Below, one piece after another: positions 29,883 to 39,789 of a DNA stretch of 64,000 bases (its first letter is position 1; the number at the start of each line of letters is the position of its first letter). The notes beneath the pieces were generated by a model. It was not told the origin of the DNA and did not search any database. It saw only the letters and a program-made list of their open reading frames with translations. The stretch spans positions 5,106 through 69,105 of the forward strand of contig CAZSVM010000014.1 in the NCBI GenBank assembly GCA_964610315.1, read 5' to 3'. Made by a program: the position numbers and the translations under genes. Origin of the DNA: an uncultured Actinomycetota bacterium. GTDB taxonomy: Bacteria; Actinomycetota; Humimicrobiia; Humimicrobiales; Humimicrobiaceae.

Positions 29883-31924
29883 TAATTCTTTTTCCTCAGA
29901 CGCCTGAGAGCCTGAAGAATAACCTGGCCTACAGCCTCGCGTTTCGCTTTCTTCTCTGTTTCTCCAACCGGCTGGTATCTTACCTTTACCTTGTAACCTT
30001 TTACCCTTTCCTCTTTGCCTTTTCCAGAAGCTGCTTCTTCCTCCAGGTATGAAAAAAGCTCTTCTGGCTGAAAAAATAAAACCTTCTCTTTATCAGACTC
30101 TTTTAATTTTTGCATGGCCAGTGTCTTAATCTTATCTAAGTTCCTTTTTTCTGGTGAGCATAAAAGTATCTTTCCATAACCAGCCAGTATGCACTTTTCG
30201 ATATTTGAAAACTCCTGCTTATCGGTCGAAGTCAATGAAACCTCGCAGGCAATCCTCTTCCCATCTCTTTCAAGACCCACATCAACTCTTCCCAGGCCAT
30301 CAGGGGTTGGCTGCTCCACTATAGCCCGGTAGCCTTTTTCTTCAGCCATCTGTTTAATTAAGCTCTGTAGATATTTGTGTTGACGCTCGTCTTTTTCTTT
30401 AGATAAGTAAACTTCTTCTTTTATTCCAGCCTTCTCTGATGAAATAACTACTTCTTCCCTAACCAATTTTTTTGTCTCTTCTAAAGGAGGCTTATAAGAT
30501 ACAGGTACCGGCTTTCTCTTTTCCAATCTCTTTCTAATTTCCTCTTTTAAAAGGCTATAACTTTGATCTAGCAGATTGGAAAGTTTCTTTCTAGAAATCA
30601 AATAATTTCTACCTAAGGGAAGATTTTTTACAAATTCCAAATATTCACTTTCTTTCATTCCTAAAACTTCCCAGGCAGGTTCAATCTCAACTGTCCGAAG
30701 TGGAATAATTCCGCCTTCAACCTTGTGCTTTACATAGCACACTCTAGGAAGTAGGCTTTGTAGTTCCTCTATCTTATGCTCCCATTCCTCACTGTAGCTC
30801 CAGAAGATAGGACGAAGATTACTTACCGTCTTTACTTCATATCCAGAATATTCAAATCCCTCTTTTGCAAGTAACTGGGCATCGTGGCGGTTAAGTCTAA
30901 AATAAACCTGGATCCCGGTGTTGCCCAATATCAAGTTTTTTAGTTCATCCGGTAGCTGGGATAAGGTCTGATGAGCCATGATAAGGAAAAGCCCGTATTT
31001 TCTGGCCTCAGACAGTATAACCAAGAAAGATTCTGTAGCAAAGTTTTGAAACTCGTCAATATAAAGGTAAAAGGGAGTCCGCTTTTCCTGGGGAATATCC
31101 GACCTGGAAAAGACAGCCATCTGAATCTTTGCCATAAAAAGTGAACCTAAAAGGTCAGCTGAGCCTTTTAGCTTTCCTTTGTCCAGTTTTATAATAAGGT
31201 ACTTCCTCTTTTCTATTATCTCTAATATGTTAAAAGAACTTTTTTTAAAAGAGAAAATCTGTCTTATTCTATCATCAGAAAAGAAGGCGTTTATCTTATT
31301 CATAACTGGTTCAATCCAGGTAACCTTTCCTCTATCTGTTAAGGTATCAAACCTTTTAAAGTACTCCTTGGCTACGGGACTGCTAACTTTCTCCAAAACT
31401 ATTTCCCTAAAAGCCCTTTCAGTTAAAAACAGAGAAAGCTCAGCCAAGGTAAACTCGGCCTCACCCAGAGAAATTAAGGAGTTCCTTAAAAGGTCCTCCA
31501 TCCTTACTCCCCAAGAGTCAGACCATATTTTCTTAAAGGCACCTACAAGCTCGTTTACATGCTCTGATATTAAAACACCGGGTATTTTCTCCAAAGGATT
31601 AAAAGTTACAGTAAAGTTAGGGTCAGTAGGATCAATCAAGACCACTTTATCTGAAATTTCCTTTTTATCTCCATAGTCTTTATAGCGACAGGCTAAAAAG
31701 CCTTTAATGTCCTCAGCCAAATCCCCGTGGGGGTCAATAACTCCAAAGCCATTTTCATTTTCAATATCCTGCCTGATTAAAAACTCTAAAAACTTTGTCT
31801 TTCCCGTGCCAGTAGCTCCAATCACATAGAAGTGAGTAGCCCTATCTTTCTGGGCAATTTTTGCCATCTGGTATTCTTCTTTATTTTCCGACCAATACCA
31901 ACCGAGATCTAAGGTATCTATCAC
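29882..31924 (-). CDS. VirD4/TraD/HerA-FtsK-like P-loop ATPase with a C-terminal restriction-endonuclease-like domain
   Basis: Walker A VIGATGTGKTKF, GVIDPHGDL, Walker B LYIDEFQNF and ARKYGLFLIMAHQTLSQL. The C-terminal ~110 aa (..PDGLGRVDVGLERDGKRIACEVSLTS..) resembles a PD-(D/E)xK fold; that part is tentative. Confidence 0.7.
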   Translation of the reverse strand: MIDTLDLGWYWSENKEEYQMAKIAQKDRATHFYVIGATGTGKTKFLEFLIRQDIENENGFGVIDPHGDLAEDIKGFLACRYKDYGDKKEISDKVVLIDPTDPNFTVTFNPLEKIPGVLISEHVNELVGAFKKIWSDSWGVRMEDLLRNSLISLGEAEFTLAELSLFLTERAFREIVLEKVSSPVAKEYFKRFDTLTDRGKVTWIEPVMNKINAFFSDDRIRQIFSFKKSSFNILEIIEKRKYLIIKLDKGKLKGSADLLGSLFMAKIQMAVFSRSDIPQEKRTPFYLYIDEFQNFATESFLVILSEARKYGLFLIMAHQTLSQLPDELKNLILGNTGIQVYFRLNRHDAQLLAKEGFEYSGYEVKTVSNLRPIFWSYSEEWEHKIEELQSLLPRVCYVKHKVEGGIIPLRTVEIEPAWEVLGMKESEYLEFVKNLPLGRNYLISRKKLSNLLDQSYSLLKEEIRKRLEKRKPVPVSYKPPLEETKKLVREEVVISSEKAGIKEEVYLSKEKDERQHKYLQSLIKQMAEEKGYRAIVEQPTPDGLGRVDVGLERDGKRIACEVSLTSTDKQEFSNIEKCILAGYGKILLCSPEKRNLDKIKTLAMQKLKESDKEKVLFFQPEELFSYLEEEAASGKGKEERVKGYKVKVRYQPVGETEKKAKREAVGQVILQALRRLRKKN

Positions 31925-31999
31925 CAGTAAACCTTTCTCTTCAGATATAAGATTGGATTAATTAATACTACAATCAGTTCCAAAAGTAAGCTCCTCCCC

Positions 32000-32713
32000 C
32001 TAGGAAATACATAAAAACCCTCTTGATTTTCTCTCTATCTTTGAGGGATCCTGATGCAGTTCAACAATAAGCTTTTCTACAGCCTCAAGCAGGCAGTGGT
32101 GGGCATTAGTAACATAAGCCCTCAAATCCTGTTCATCGAAAAGGTCAAGATCGAGAAGACCCGAACTTCCTGCCCTTATAAGCCTTATAATAAGGTAGAA
32201 TGGAAGTATAAAAAAGTTAATAAAAGGGATAAATAAAAGTATAACTACCGCTTTTCCCCAGAAGGATAGCTGATAGACTAAATACCATGATACCTGTAGA
32301 TTATTTCCATAATCTCTGGCATTAATGTACATCTGATACAATTTAAGGTGATAGCTTGTATCATTGTAGATAAGTAAAAATGACCTTTTCCCACCCAAAA
32401 ACCCCCGCAATGCACCAGGGGCAACATCCTGTCTCTCCATCTTTATGTCTGGCGCCTTAGTGGCATCAACAAGCTTCTGGGTACTATCAAAGATACTGTC
32501 AGCCTTACCCTGGCCACCCCCAATTAAAACATCCCATTGGTCTACCACATTTTCTTTTTCTATAATGGGAATAGCAATGCGCCTTATAATCAGGACAAAA
32601 AGCCAGATAAATAAAAGAGCTATTCCTAAAAAAAATATAAACCAGAAAAATCCCCTTCTGGTTACTAACCATCCAAAAAAACCAATGATTAACAAAATAT
32701 AACTTGCCAGCAA
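32000..32713 (-). CDS. Membrane protein (2 N-terminal + 2 central TM helices), co-directional partner of the ATPase
   Basis: Hydrophobic segments ILLIIGFFGWLV, FWFIFFLGIALLFIWLFVLII and AVVILLFIPFINFFILPFYLII. No family recognised. Confidence 0.5.
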   Translation of the reverse strand: MLASYILLIIGFFGWLVTRRGFFWFIFFLGIALLFIWLFVLIIRRIAIPIIEKENVVDQWDVLIGGGQGKADSIFDSTQKLVDATKAPDIKMERQDVAPGALRGFLGGKRSFLLIYNDTSYHLKLYQMYINARDYGNNLQVSWYLVYQLSFWGKAVVILLFIPFINFFILPFYLIIRLIRAGSSGLLDLDLFDEQDLRAYVTNAHHCLLEAVEKLIVELHQDPSKIERKSRGFLCIS

Positions 32714-32939
32714 AAGCTTGGGGTGTTGCCTTAACCAGTTTTTAAATTCAGACCGATTAGATTCTATTTTTGAATTCCTTTCTAAATGTAAACGATAGTA
32801 CAGTTTTTCTGAAAATCAAATGTAATTTACTACATACTAAAAATACTGTCAATTACTAGATTGCGAGGCAAGTAATTCGTATTCTTTACAGTTACACAAA
32901 AAGATTTATAATCAATAAAAAAATATTAAGAAGATTAAT

Positions 32940-34424
32940 ATGAAATTTAATAGAAACATAAAATACTCCTTCATATTTCTAATATTAATATTGACAATTA
33001 GTTTATTGCTTTACGGGTGTAAAGAAGAAAAACCAAAAATTGAAGAGTCTGAAAAGAAAGTAACTGAATTAGAAGAAGTAGAAGACGAAGTAGCTACAGA
33101 TGAATTTGAATGGTTTCAGACAGGAAATACACTGTCCATAACCAAGCTTAAGACTAAGCAATCAAATGAGCTTGAAGATAATAGGATTGGTATTCATTTT
33201 AGTGGTCTGTGGATTCTAGAGCCGGAAGTCTTCCCCAACGCAGTCTTAGATGCAAGTCACATTCTCGAAGAAGGTGTGAAGCGGGCTCGCTTTGCGATTA
33301 ACGACTTAGATTCGGGCAAAGTACACTGGAGTAAATCTGAACTCTCCATCGACCAAAGCCACGATGACTTCATAACAAGCTTAGCGGACAACGGTGTAAC
33401 GATTACATACGTGCTTTCTTTTTGGGACAAAGAATACAAGGCCAAGGGCGGCGAAATATCTATCCCAAGGTTCAAAACAGAAGACGAGATACAACGTTAC
33501 CTCGACTTTGTCCAATTCATCGTTCATCATTTTAAGGATCGCATCAATTACTATGAAATATGGAATGAGCCTAATATCATAGATACCGTTCAATGGATAG
33601 AAGTGGAGGACTACGTAAACCTTGTCAAGCAGGCTATTCCCATTATCCGTGAAGAGTATCCAGAGGCGAAAATAGTGGTTGGTGGCACCAGCTCTTTGAT
33701 TGATACAGAATCCCAGGCTTACTTGTTTAGCATCCTCAGATCTGACCTAATGCCTTTGGTGGATGTTGTTTCTTGGCACCCTATGTATGGATCTTCACCA
33801 GAATATGATTGGCATAGGCAGTATTACTATGAATATCCGTTCATTGTAAAAGATATTAAGAATGTGGCTTCTGCCCATGGTTTTACAGGAGAATACGTAG
33901 CTGATGAGATACATTGGTGTACACTAGAAACACCAGAGCCACCTTGGCCAACGTATAGCGAAACTAAGAGTGCAAAGTACTATGGCCGAGGCATCTTGAT
34001 GCATTTGGGCATGGGTGTTACTGTATCACAATTCTACCCTGTAATTTCAGCCCAAGAACATCCAGTACAAATAGTCCACACCATTCAAAACCTTTGCACC
34101 ATCATGGCCGGGGCTGAGCCAACAGATTTTCCAATAGGAATACAAAGCGAGGCAACAAACATTAAAAATTATAGTTTTTCTCTGACAAATGGCGATAATC
34201 TGATAGCTCTTTGGAAAGATGGTGTGGCTATAGAGGAAGAACCTGGTGTGGAAGCTAACTTAACCATCCACGGTATTACTTCTGAAGATGTAATAGGAAT
34301 TGATGTCCTGGAGGGCTTTCAACAACCTATAATAACAGGCAACAAAAATGGGAACCTTGTTATTCAAAATTTAATAGTCAGAGACTACCCATTGATACTT
34401 TACATCACAAAATCCAACCAATAG
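32940..34424 (+). CDS. Glycoside hydrolase lipoprotein (clan GH-A TIM barrel, GH5/GH39-like)
   Basis: Lipobox LLLYGC; YYEIWNEPN acid/base motif. The central part is G+C-richer than the surroundings. Confidence 0.65.
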   Translation: MKFNRNIKYSFIFLILILTISLLLYGCKEEKPKIEESEKKVTELEEVEDEVATDEFEWFQTGNTLSITKLKTKQSNELEDNRIGIHFSGLWILEPEVFPNAVLDASHILEEGVKRARFAINDLDSGKVHWSKSELSIDQSHDDFITSLADNGVTITYVLSFWDKEYKAKGGEISIPRFKTEDEIQRYLDFVQFIVHHFKDRINYYEIWNEPNIIDTVQWIEVEDYVNLVKQAIPIIREEYPEAKIVVGGTSSLIDTESQAYLFSILRSDLMPLVDVVSWHPMYGSSPEYDWHRQYYYEYPFIVKDIKNVASAHGFTGEYVADEIHWCTLETPEPPWPTYSETKSAKYYGRGILMHLGMGVTVSQFYPVISAQEHPVQIVHTIQNLCTIMAGAEPTDFPIGIQSEATNIKNYSFSLTNGDNLIALWKDGVAIEEEPGVEANLTIHGITSEDVIGIDVLEGFQQPIITGNKNGNLVIQNLIVRDYPLILYITKSNQ

Positions 34425-34492
34425 TTTGTAGATAAATTAGTCAATGATTCTAATTTTTGAAGAATAATAGTTTTTTTACATACTAATTCCTT

Positions 34493-34990
34493 TTAACCTC
34501 TTATCATAGCCATTATCCCTAAAGATACTGCATCAAACATATTTTGATGATATCGCTCCTTCCAGGACCTGTCTTGGGTAAGGTAAACTTTAAGTTCGGG
34601 ATATTTTGAAGTGACTACTGTTGCTACCTCCTTTTTACTTGCCCAGCCATTACCACAGATAAACTTTTTAACCGTACCTGGAGCGTAGCTTATAAACCTT
34701 AGCTTCTTTCTTCTGCCTATAGCTTTTATTTCATCAAAAAACACATTTAAAAGAGCAAGATTTCGGTTCCTAGCAAAAAACGCCTTCTCTACCACCAATA
34801 CTTTGGGTTTAAAATCTTTTATCAGCCTCAATATTATCCTTCTTCCTTCTTTTAAGGTTTCATGAGGTGATTTTCTTTTCTTTATAACCTTAACCCCGCA
34901 GTAGATAAGTTTTCCTTTTTCTAAAAATGCAATACCTATATTTTTTGTGCCGGGATCGATGGCTAAGATTTTTAATTTATTTTTTGACAT
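34493..34990 (-). CDS. RuvC-like (RNase H fold) resolvase paralogue 1
   Basis: ILAIDPGTKNIGIAF (Asp1), VLVVEKAF (Glu), YAPGTVKKFICGNGWASKKEV and MFDAVSLG (C-terminal Asp). Confidence 0.65.
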   Translation of the reverse strand: MSKNKLKILAIDPGTKNIGIAFLEKGKLIYCGVKVIKKRKSPHETLKEGRRIILRLIKDFKPKVLVVEKAFFARNRNLALLNVFFDEIKAIGRRKKLRFISYAPGTVKKFICGNGWASKKEVATVVTSKYPELKVYLTQDRSWKERYHQNMFDAVSLGIMAMIRG

Positions 34991-35017
34991 ATTAAAAGAA
35001 GGGATTTTAATCCTCTA

Positions 35018-35515
35018 CTAATTTCTATCTAATCTACAGGAGCAAACTAAGCCTAGGGCTACTGCTTCAAACATTCTTATGTAATAGGAATTTCTATTAC
35101 TATTCTCTTTTCTGAGTTCATGGCATAGGTCAGGATAGGCTTTGGTAACCATTTCTGCCATCTTCTTTTTACTTATCTTACCTTTTGGAGAAAAAAATGC
35201 CTCCAGATCATCCAGTGTATATTGGTAAACTACTAAACCTCTAACCCTGGCGAGGTTTTTTATTTTGATAGAAAGTCTTTTAAGATTCGAGGAACTCCGG
35301 CAGGGATTGAGCTTTTTTATTGCAAAAATATCAGGCTCATGCTCATTAATAAGATTTAAGATGATCCTGTTTATTTTACTTACTTTTTCTTTTGACCACT
35401 TGCCTTCAATCACCTTTACTCCCCAGTCCCTTAAATCAGCTCCTCTAAATATAGCTATTCCAAAATATCTTGTTCCTGGATTAATTGCCAATATTCTTAT
35501 AGGCTTTCTTATCAT
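35018..35515 (-). CDS. RuvC-like (RNase H fold) resolvase paralogue 2
   Basis: ILAINPGTRYFGIAIF, DIFAIKKL, MFEAVALG. Start moved to MIRKPIRIL (ATG 35515) to reduce overlap with the upstream gene. Confidence 0.6.
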   Translation of the reverse strand: MIRKPIRILAINPGTRYFGIAIFRGADLRDWGVKVIEGKWSKEKVSKINRIILNLINEHEPDIFAIKKLNPCRSSSNLKRLSIKIKNLARVRGLVVYQYTLDDLEAFFSPKGKISKKKMAEMVTKAYPDLCHELRKENSNRNSYYIRMFEAVALGLVCSCRLDRN

Positions 35516-36176
35516 ATTTTTTAACAAGGTAATTAAATAGAGCACCTTTACTTTTCTTAATTTCCACAAGTGGTACTTCCTTTACTTCTCCCAAAATCTT
35601 TCTTAGGAACGACTCAGGGTATTTTTTAGAATAAGTAAGATATAAAGGCAGACCCTGAAGATCATTAAGAGATTCAGCTAAATCTAAGGCTAATAGTTCC
35701 CGTCTGTTTTTTAGTCTAAAACTCTTAGGAGTACCTGAATTAAAATTTAAAAAATTTTTATTTTCGATATCGATATTGTTATTAATTCTTGTTAGCTTAT
35801 TATTGTTAGTGTTCACCTGGTTTACATCTGAGTTTCGCCTGCTTGACATCTGAGTTTCACCGGCTTTACCTCTGACCTTTAGCAGTTTATAAACACAATG
35901 GTATCTGGACCTTTTATCTTTTCTGATTAACCTATTTTTTTCTAAAAGTTTAAGAGTCTTATTTACAGTGGCCCTTGAATAGCCAAGAGAATCGGCAATA
36001 TACTTTTGGGAAGGAAAACAGCCCTGACTCCTGTCGGCTAAAGAAGCTAAGAAACTATAGACAGCTATACCTACTGCTCCTACTTTTGAAGTAAAGTTCT
36101 TAATTACCACTTTGTCTATCCAGTACCAATTCCCATTTCTTAGATCCCTTATCTCATTTTTTTTATTCTCTTCCAT
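35481..36176 (-). CDS. wHTH DNA-binding protein, replication-initiator-like
   Basis: SQKYIADSLGYSRATVNKTLKLLEKNRLIRK winged helix followed by an Asn-rich linker. Its position next to an XRE repressor suggests a plasmid/phage Rep-type protein. Confidence 0.5.
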   Translation of the reverse strand: MEENKKNEIRDLRNGNWYWIDKVVIKNFTSKVGAVGIAVYSFLASLADRSQGCFPSQKYIADSLGYSRATVNKTLKLLEKNRLIRKDKRSRYHCVYKLLKVRGKAGETQMSSRRNSDVNQVNTNNNKLTRINNNIDIENKNFLNFNSGTPKSFRLKNRRELLALDLAESLNDLQGLPLYLTYSKKYPESFLRKILGEVKEVPLVEIKKSKGALFNYLVKKYDKKAYKNIGN

Positions 36177-36462
36177 AATTGCCCCTTATTTTATTTCTTA
36201 AAATCTCCTCTTCTCTTTTATACAGGTTACCTTTTAGTTCTCTTAACTGGTCAATAAACAAAGCATCCACCATCGTCCGGTAGATGAGAGCTAATTTAAA
36301 AATATTTAGTAGGCTAGGCAGACAAATTCCTTTTTCCCAGCGAGAAATTATACTGCTGCTTTTTAGCCCTATTATCTCTGCTACTTCACTTTGCTTAAAA
36401 CCCCTGGACTTTCTATATTTTCTAAGGCAGTTATGTATACCTTTTTGGCTAACATTTTTCAT
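36163..36462 (-). CDS. XRE-family HTH repressor
   Basis: GFKQSEVAEIIGLKSSSIISRWEKG. Confidence 0.7.
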   Translation of the reverse strand: MKNVSQKGIHNCLRKYRKSRGFKQSEVAEIIGLKSSSIISRWEKGICLPSLLNIFKLALIYRTMVDALFIDQLRELKGNLYKREEEILRNKIRGNYGRE

Positions 36463-36582
36463 ATCCCTCCTAATGAAAAATTAGTATATGTTTTTAGAGT
36501 ATCTAGAGGGTTAAATTGAAACAAGAAGGGGGAAATTGCCTTTTTAGGTGAACTAATAGTAATTCTGGGGAAAAACTGTAGA

Positions 36583-36613
36583 TAAAATAAAAAAAACCAC
36601 CTGTAAGGGTGGT
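36583..36613 (-). terminator. Intrinsic terminator after the 109-aa gene
   Basis: The minus strand reads ACCACCcttacaGGTGGTtttttttatttt. Confidence 0.65.
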
Positions 36614-36792
36614 AAAAGTTTCTCTATAATAACTGATTCCTAGTCTATAGAACTAGACATATTTTATATTTAAATTTAATTTTTATTGGCTTGCATGGAG
36701 ACAAAGAATAGACTACTAGTCAGAGTCAGATAAAAAATAGAGTTTACACCATTTTTTTTAATCTCCTAGTATAAATACTCTATTTAAAATTG

Positions 36793-37122
36793 CTATAGTC
36801 CTCTTTTAATAACTTCAGCTACTATTGTGCTAATCCCTTTTATAACTACATCCCTACCAAGGGTTTTAGTAAAATCAACAATCGACTTAAGAGCACTTTT
36901 TATTTTTGATTCATTGGTTTTTTGATCAGCCGTAGCTAATAAATTAGCATTTTTCAAAAGTATGTTTTTCTTTGACTCATTTATAACATTGGAATTAATC
37001 AAGTTTGTTAAAGTCTGGATATCCATTTCTAATGGTAAATGCTGTGCAATTTTCATACTCCCATTATCATACATTTCCACATTACCGTGTATTGTTACAT
37101 TTCCATTAAATATAATAGGCAT
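36793..37122 (-). CDS. Hypothetical protein (109 aa)
   Basis: Clean ORF with a terminator downstream. No motif recognised. Confidence 0.4.
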   Translation of the reverse strand: MPIIFNGNVTIHGNVEMYDNGSMKIAQHLPLEMDIQTLTNLINSNVINESKKNILLKNANLLATADQKTNESKIKSALKSIVDFTKTLGRDVVIKGISTIVAEVIKRGL

Positions 37123-37205
37123 AATTTCTCCTTTGAATTAATTTTTAAGACTCTTATTATCTAATTAAATTTTTCCTAACTTAGGCCAAATTTTGATTTC
37201 CCCAT

Positions 37206-37541
37206 TTATTTCTTTTTCGCAATTTCGAATAGTTTTATATATTCCCTACTATACGGTTTCCAAATAACTGGCTCACCCTCAACGTCCCACGGAAATCCCT
37301 TTTTATAAAATTTACATGGAAATTCGTCGCAATAAAAACAATATTTTATTTTTCTTTCTTTTGCACATTTTACAATTTTACATTCATTAAGTGCCCAACA
37401 TCCAGAACATTTCTTTTTCTTATATTTTCCCCTATATAAAGGGCAAAGAGAACAAGCTATTCCACAATAACTAATTAATAATTTTTTCTTTTCAGATCTA
37501 TTTTTCATATTGTTAATTCTCTTCCCTCCAGTGAAATGCAT
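37206..37541 (-). CDS. Cys-rich DUF3795-like protein
   Basis: YCGIACSLCPLY..CSGC..CKIVKC..CFYCDEFPC pattern. Confidence 0.55.
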   Translation of the reverse strand: MHFTGGKRINNMKNRSEKKKLLISYCGIACSLCPLYRGKYKKKKCSGCWALNECKIVKCAKERKIKYCFYCDEFPCKFYKKGFPWDVEGEPVIWKPYSREYIKLFEIAKKK

Positions 37542-37614
37542 CTTCTACTACTGAGTCTCTACCTTTTATCTTATTCTACTAATTTTTTGCCGTCCAATTA
37601 GATTCTATAATGAT

Positions 37615-38484
37615 TTATTTTAATTTTATAACCCCAGCTCTCTCCCAAGAAATAATCACATCGACCATAAAATTTAAAGTGTCCTGAGCGTCTTTTTTAC
37701 TCATCTTCTTCTTTGTTACAATATCCTTGATTTTTAAAAATCCCATTTTTTGAGATAATGTTAAAAAATGAAGTGAGGTAGAAATTAAACAAAGTTGGTT
37801 TAAAGCCCGCCCTACTTCCACAGCTAATCGATTCTTTGGATAAATTTTTTCAATATAATCTTTGTGAATTAAATTTATTAATTCTTTCCCGGCTCCAAAA
37901 AGTGCTGAAAGTTCACCACCACGAAACCCTACATCAGCGGGTTCCTCCCATGTAATAAATGAAAAAACCTCCCAGCACAAAGAAATAGAATTTTTATACT
38001 TCTTTTTCCTTACTAACTCTTCAGCTTTTAAAAATCCTTCGTGAATTTGTCTGTTCTTAATTAAAGAAACGAAAGATAATTCATCATAATTAATCTCAAA
38101 ATAATCCTTTAAAACCTTTTCAATAAACCCCTTAGTAAAGAATCCATATCTTTCTATATCTTCGGAAGAAGGAACATTAGCATGATGTTGAATCTTATTT
38201 CTTAAATCATGTAAACCTAAAATCTCATCTTTGAAGGGTAAAATTTTTTTACTTTCCCCTTCAATTTTTGTACACAACTCATAAAATGAGATGTACCTTT
38301 TTTCTTTTGATAAGAAAATATTAATTTCTAATTGTAATGCCACAGACCTTAAAAGCCATTCGATAGCATTGTCGAAATTATGAATAGCAATCATTCTATC
38401 TACTGAAAAGCCACTCAGTGTATGCTGCTTCCCGTGCTCAAAGAGGAATTTTATTAAAATTAATCTATTTTCTTTAATTTTCAT
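37615..38484 (-). CDS. HEPN-motif protein (289 aa)
   Basis: R-x4-H motif in LHDLRNKIQHH within a helical context. Confidence 0.45.
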   Translation of the reverse strand: MKIKENRLILIKFLFEHGKQHTLSGFSVDRMIAIHNFDNAIEWLLRSVALQLEINIFLSKEKRYISFYELCTKIEGESKKILPFKDEILGLHDLRNKIQHHANVPSSEDIERYGFFTKGFIEKVLKDYFEINYDELSFVSLIKNRQIHEGFLKAEELVRKKKYKNSISLCWEVFSFITWEEPADVGFRGGELSALFGAGKELINLIHKDYIEKIYPKNRLAVEVGRALNQLCLISTSLHFLTLSQKMGFLKIKDIVTKKKMSKKDAQDTLNFMVDVIISWERAGVIKLK

Positions 38485-38511
38485 TTTTTTATTTTTAGTT
38501 TGACAAATTAT

Positions 38512-39084
38512 TTATTTCTCTAAACTTCGGGCTAAATTTTGTATTTTATCTCTGGGAACTTCACGGTTCCAATCTGGACAAAGAAGGATTTGCAATTCCT
38601 TCTCTATATCAGGTTCAGGATAAAAATAGATTAATACTATACTTCCTTTTTCAAGCGTTTTAAATAACAATCGGTTTACATAAAAAGTCGTCATTCTTTT
38701 AAAACTCGGTGCAAGGTATTGCCGCAAACGATCTGCAATTGTGCCGCTTGCCCGACCTATATATTTGTATTCTATGTTATTACCTTTCATTGATACGAAA
38801 GCATAAATTCCAGGCAATCGCCAGACATTTCTGAGATTCCTTGTATCATAATATTTTCGATTTAATTTCGTACGTAAATGGTTAGGAAGTCTCGTAATTA
38901 ATTCGGGTTCACCACTATTTGTTAGCTCTGTTTGAATACTTAACAAGTAGCTTATCTCATCTTGATTTTCTTCCCTACAAATAATTGGCTTCCCTCTTTC
39001 ATCTTTTTCAACCTCAAACTTTCCTAGATACTGCAAATCTAAAGTTTTACTTTGGAATTTTACTTTTAAATCGGGATATTTCAT
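38512..39084 (-). CDS. GIY-YIG-like nuclease domain protein
   Basis: PGIYAFVSMKGNNIEYKYIGRASGTIADRLRQY, followed by downstream E and N (EKELQIL..DWNRE) in GIY-YIG order. Confidence 0.5.
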   Translation of the reverse strand: MKYPDLKVKFQSKTLDLQYLGKFEVEKDERGKPIICREENQDEISYLLSIQTELTNSGEPELITRLPNHLRTKLNRKYYDTRNLRNVWRLPGIYAFVSMKGNNIEYKYIGRASGTIADRLRQYLAPSFKRMTTFYVNRLLFKTLEKGSIVLIYFYPEPDIEKELQILLCPDWNREVPRDKIQNLARSLEK

Positions 39085-39520
39085 TTCACTAATTCCTCTT
39101 GAAACACTTTATTTAAAATTGACTGTTTGGGTTCGTTTAGCTCTCCTGATTGTTTTTGGAGTTGCTCTAATTCTCCCACTTTTCCTTTCAAATTGCCAAG
39201 ACAAGCCACAATCCTTTTGTCCAGAAATAGGTGTAAGAGTATTTTTTTACTGACCAAACATTTATTATAAGTATTTTAGCTATTTCTTTAATTATAAGAA
39301 GCTTGTCTAGCTAATTCTTTTACTACCTTATACTACACATAAAGGGAAAGGTCCAACATCTGTTCAAAAACATCCTCTTTTGTGAGCACTGCAGGATAAT
39401 AAGATTATAAAGTATCTGAGTTACTGCTAACTCGGACTTATTTTTGGCTTTGTTAAGCAATATTTCCCTTCTTTTGGAATATTTCTGCAATTTTTAAGCT
39501 AGAAATAGGATAATCACTTA

Positions 39521-39748
39521 ATGAAATATTCCTATATAAACCGGAATAATTATTTTTTTATGGCAAAGCAGAAAAACGATAATATTAAGGTTCAATTACT
39601 ATACAAGTCCTGCCCTGAAACTAATTTTAGATTAAGCAAAGCTCTTTCAATGCTTGTAAACGAACAGGATATTTTTAATTATTTCCAAAAGTCTTCAATA
39701 AAAGATAAAACAACTGAATATAAAATAGTAACCAACCAAAACAATTAG
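39521..39748 (+). CDS. Possible small protein upstream of the recombinase (75 aa)
   Basis: ORF only. No SD or motif recognised. Confidence 0.2.
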   Translation: MKYSYINRNNYFFMAKQKNDNIKVQLLYKSCPETNFRLSKALSMLVNEQDIFNYFQKSSIKDKTTEYKIVTNQNN

Positions 39749-39789
39749 AACTTGACACATCTTTATATTGTGCAACTATAAAATTAGAT

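Noticed and set aside
31179-31676. 165-aa + ORF, plus similar antisense ORFs elsewhere (18405-18851, 21849-22169, 15914-16231, 62000-62260, 63212-63477 and others)
   Set aside because: All are nested antisense within strongly supported CDSs. They have Ser/Phe/Leu/Ile-rich translations typical of shadow frames in AT-rich DNA.
39085-39240. Short minus-strand ORF (~44 aa, coiled-coil-like) overlapping the GIY-YIG gene start by ATGA
   Set aside because: No convincing start codon or SD, and it is too short to support from sequence alone.
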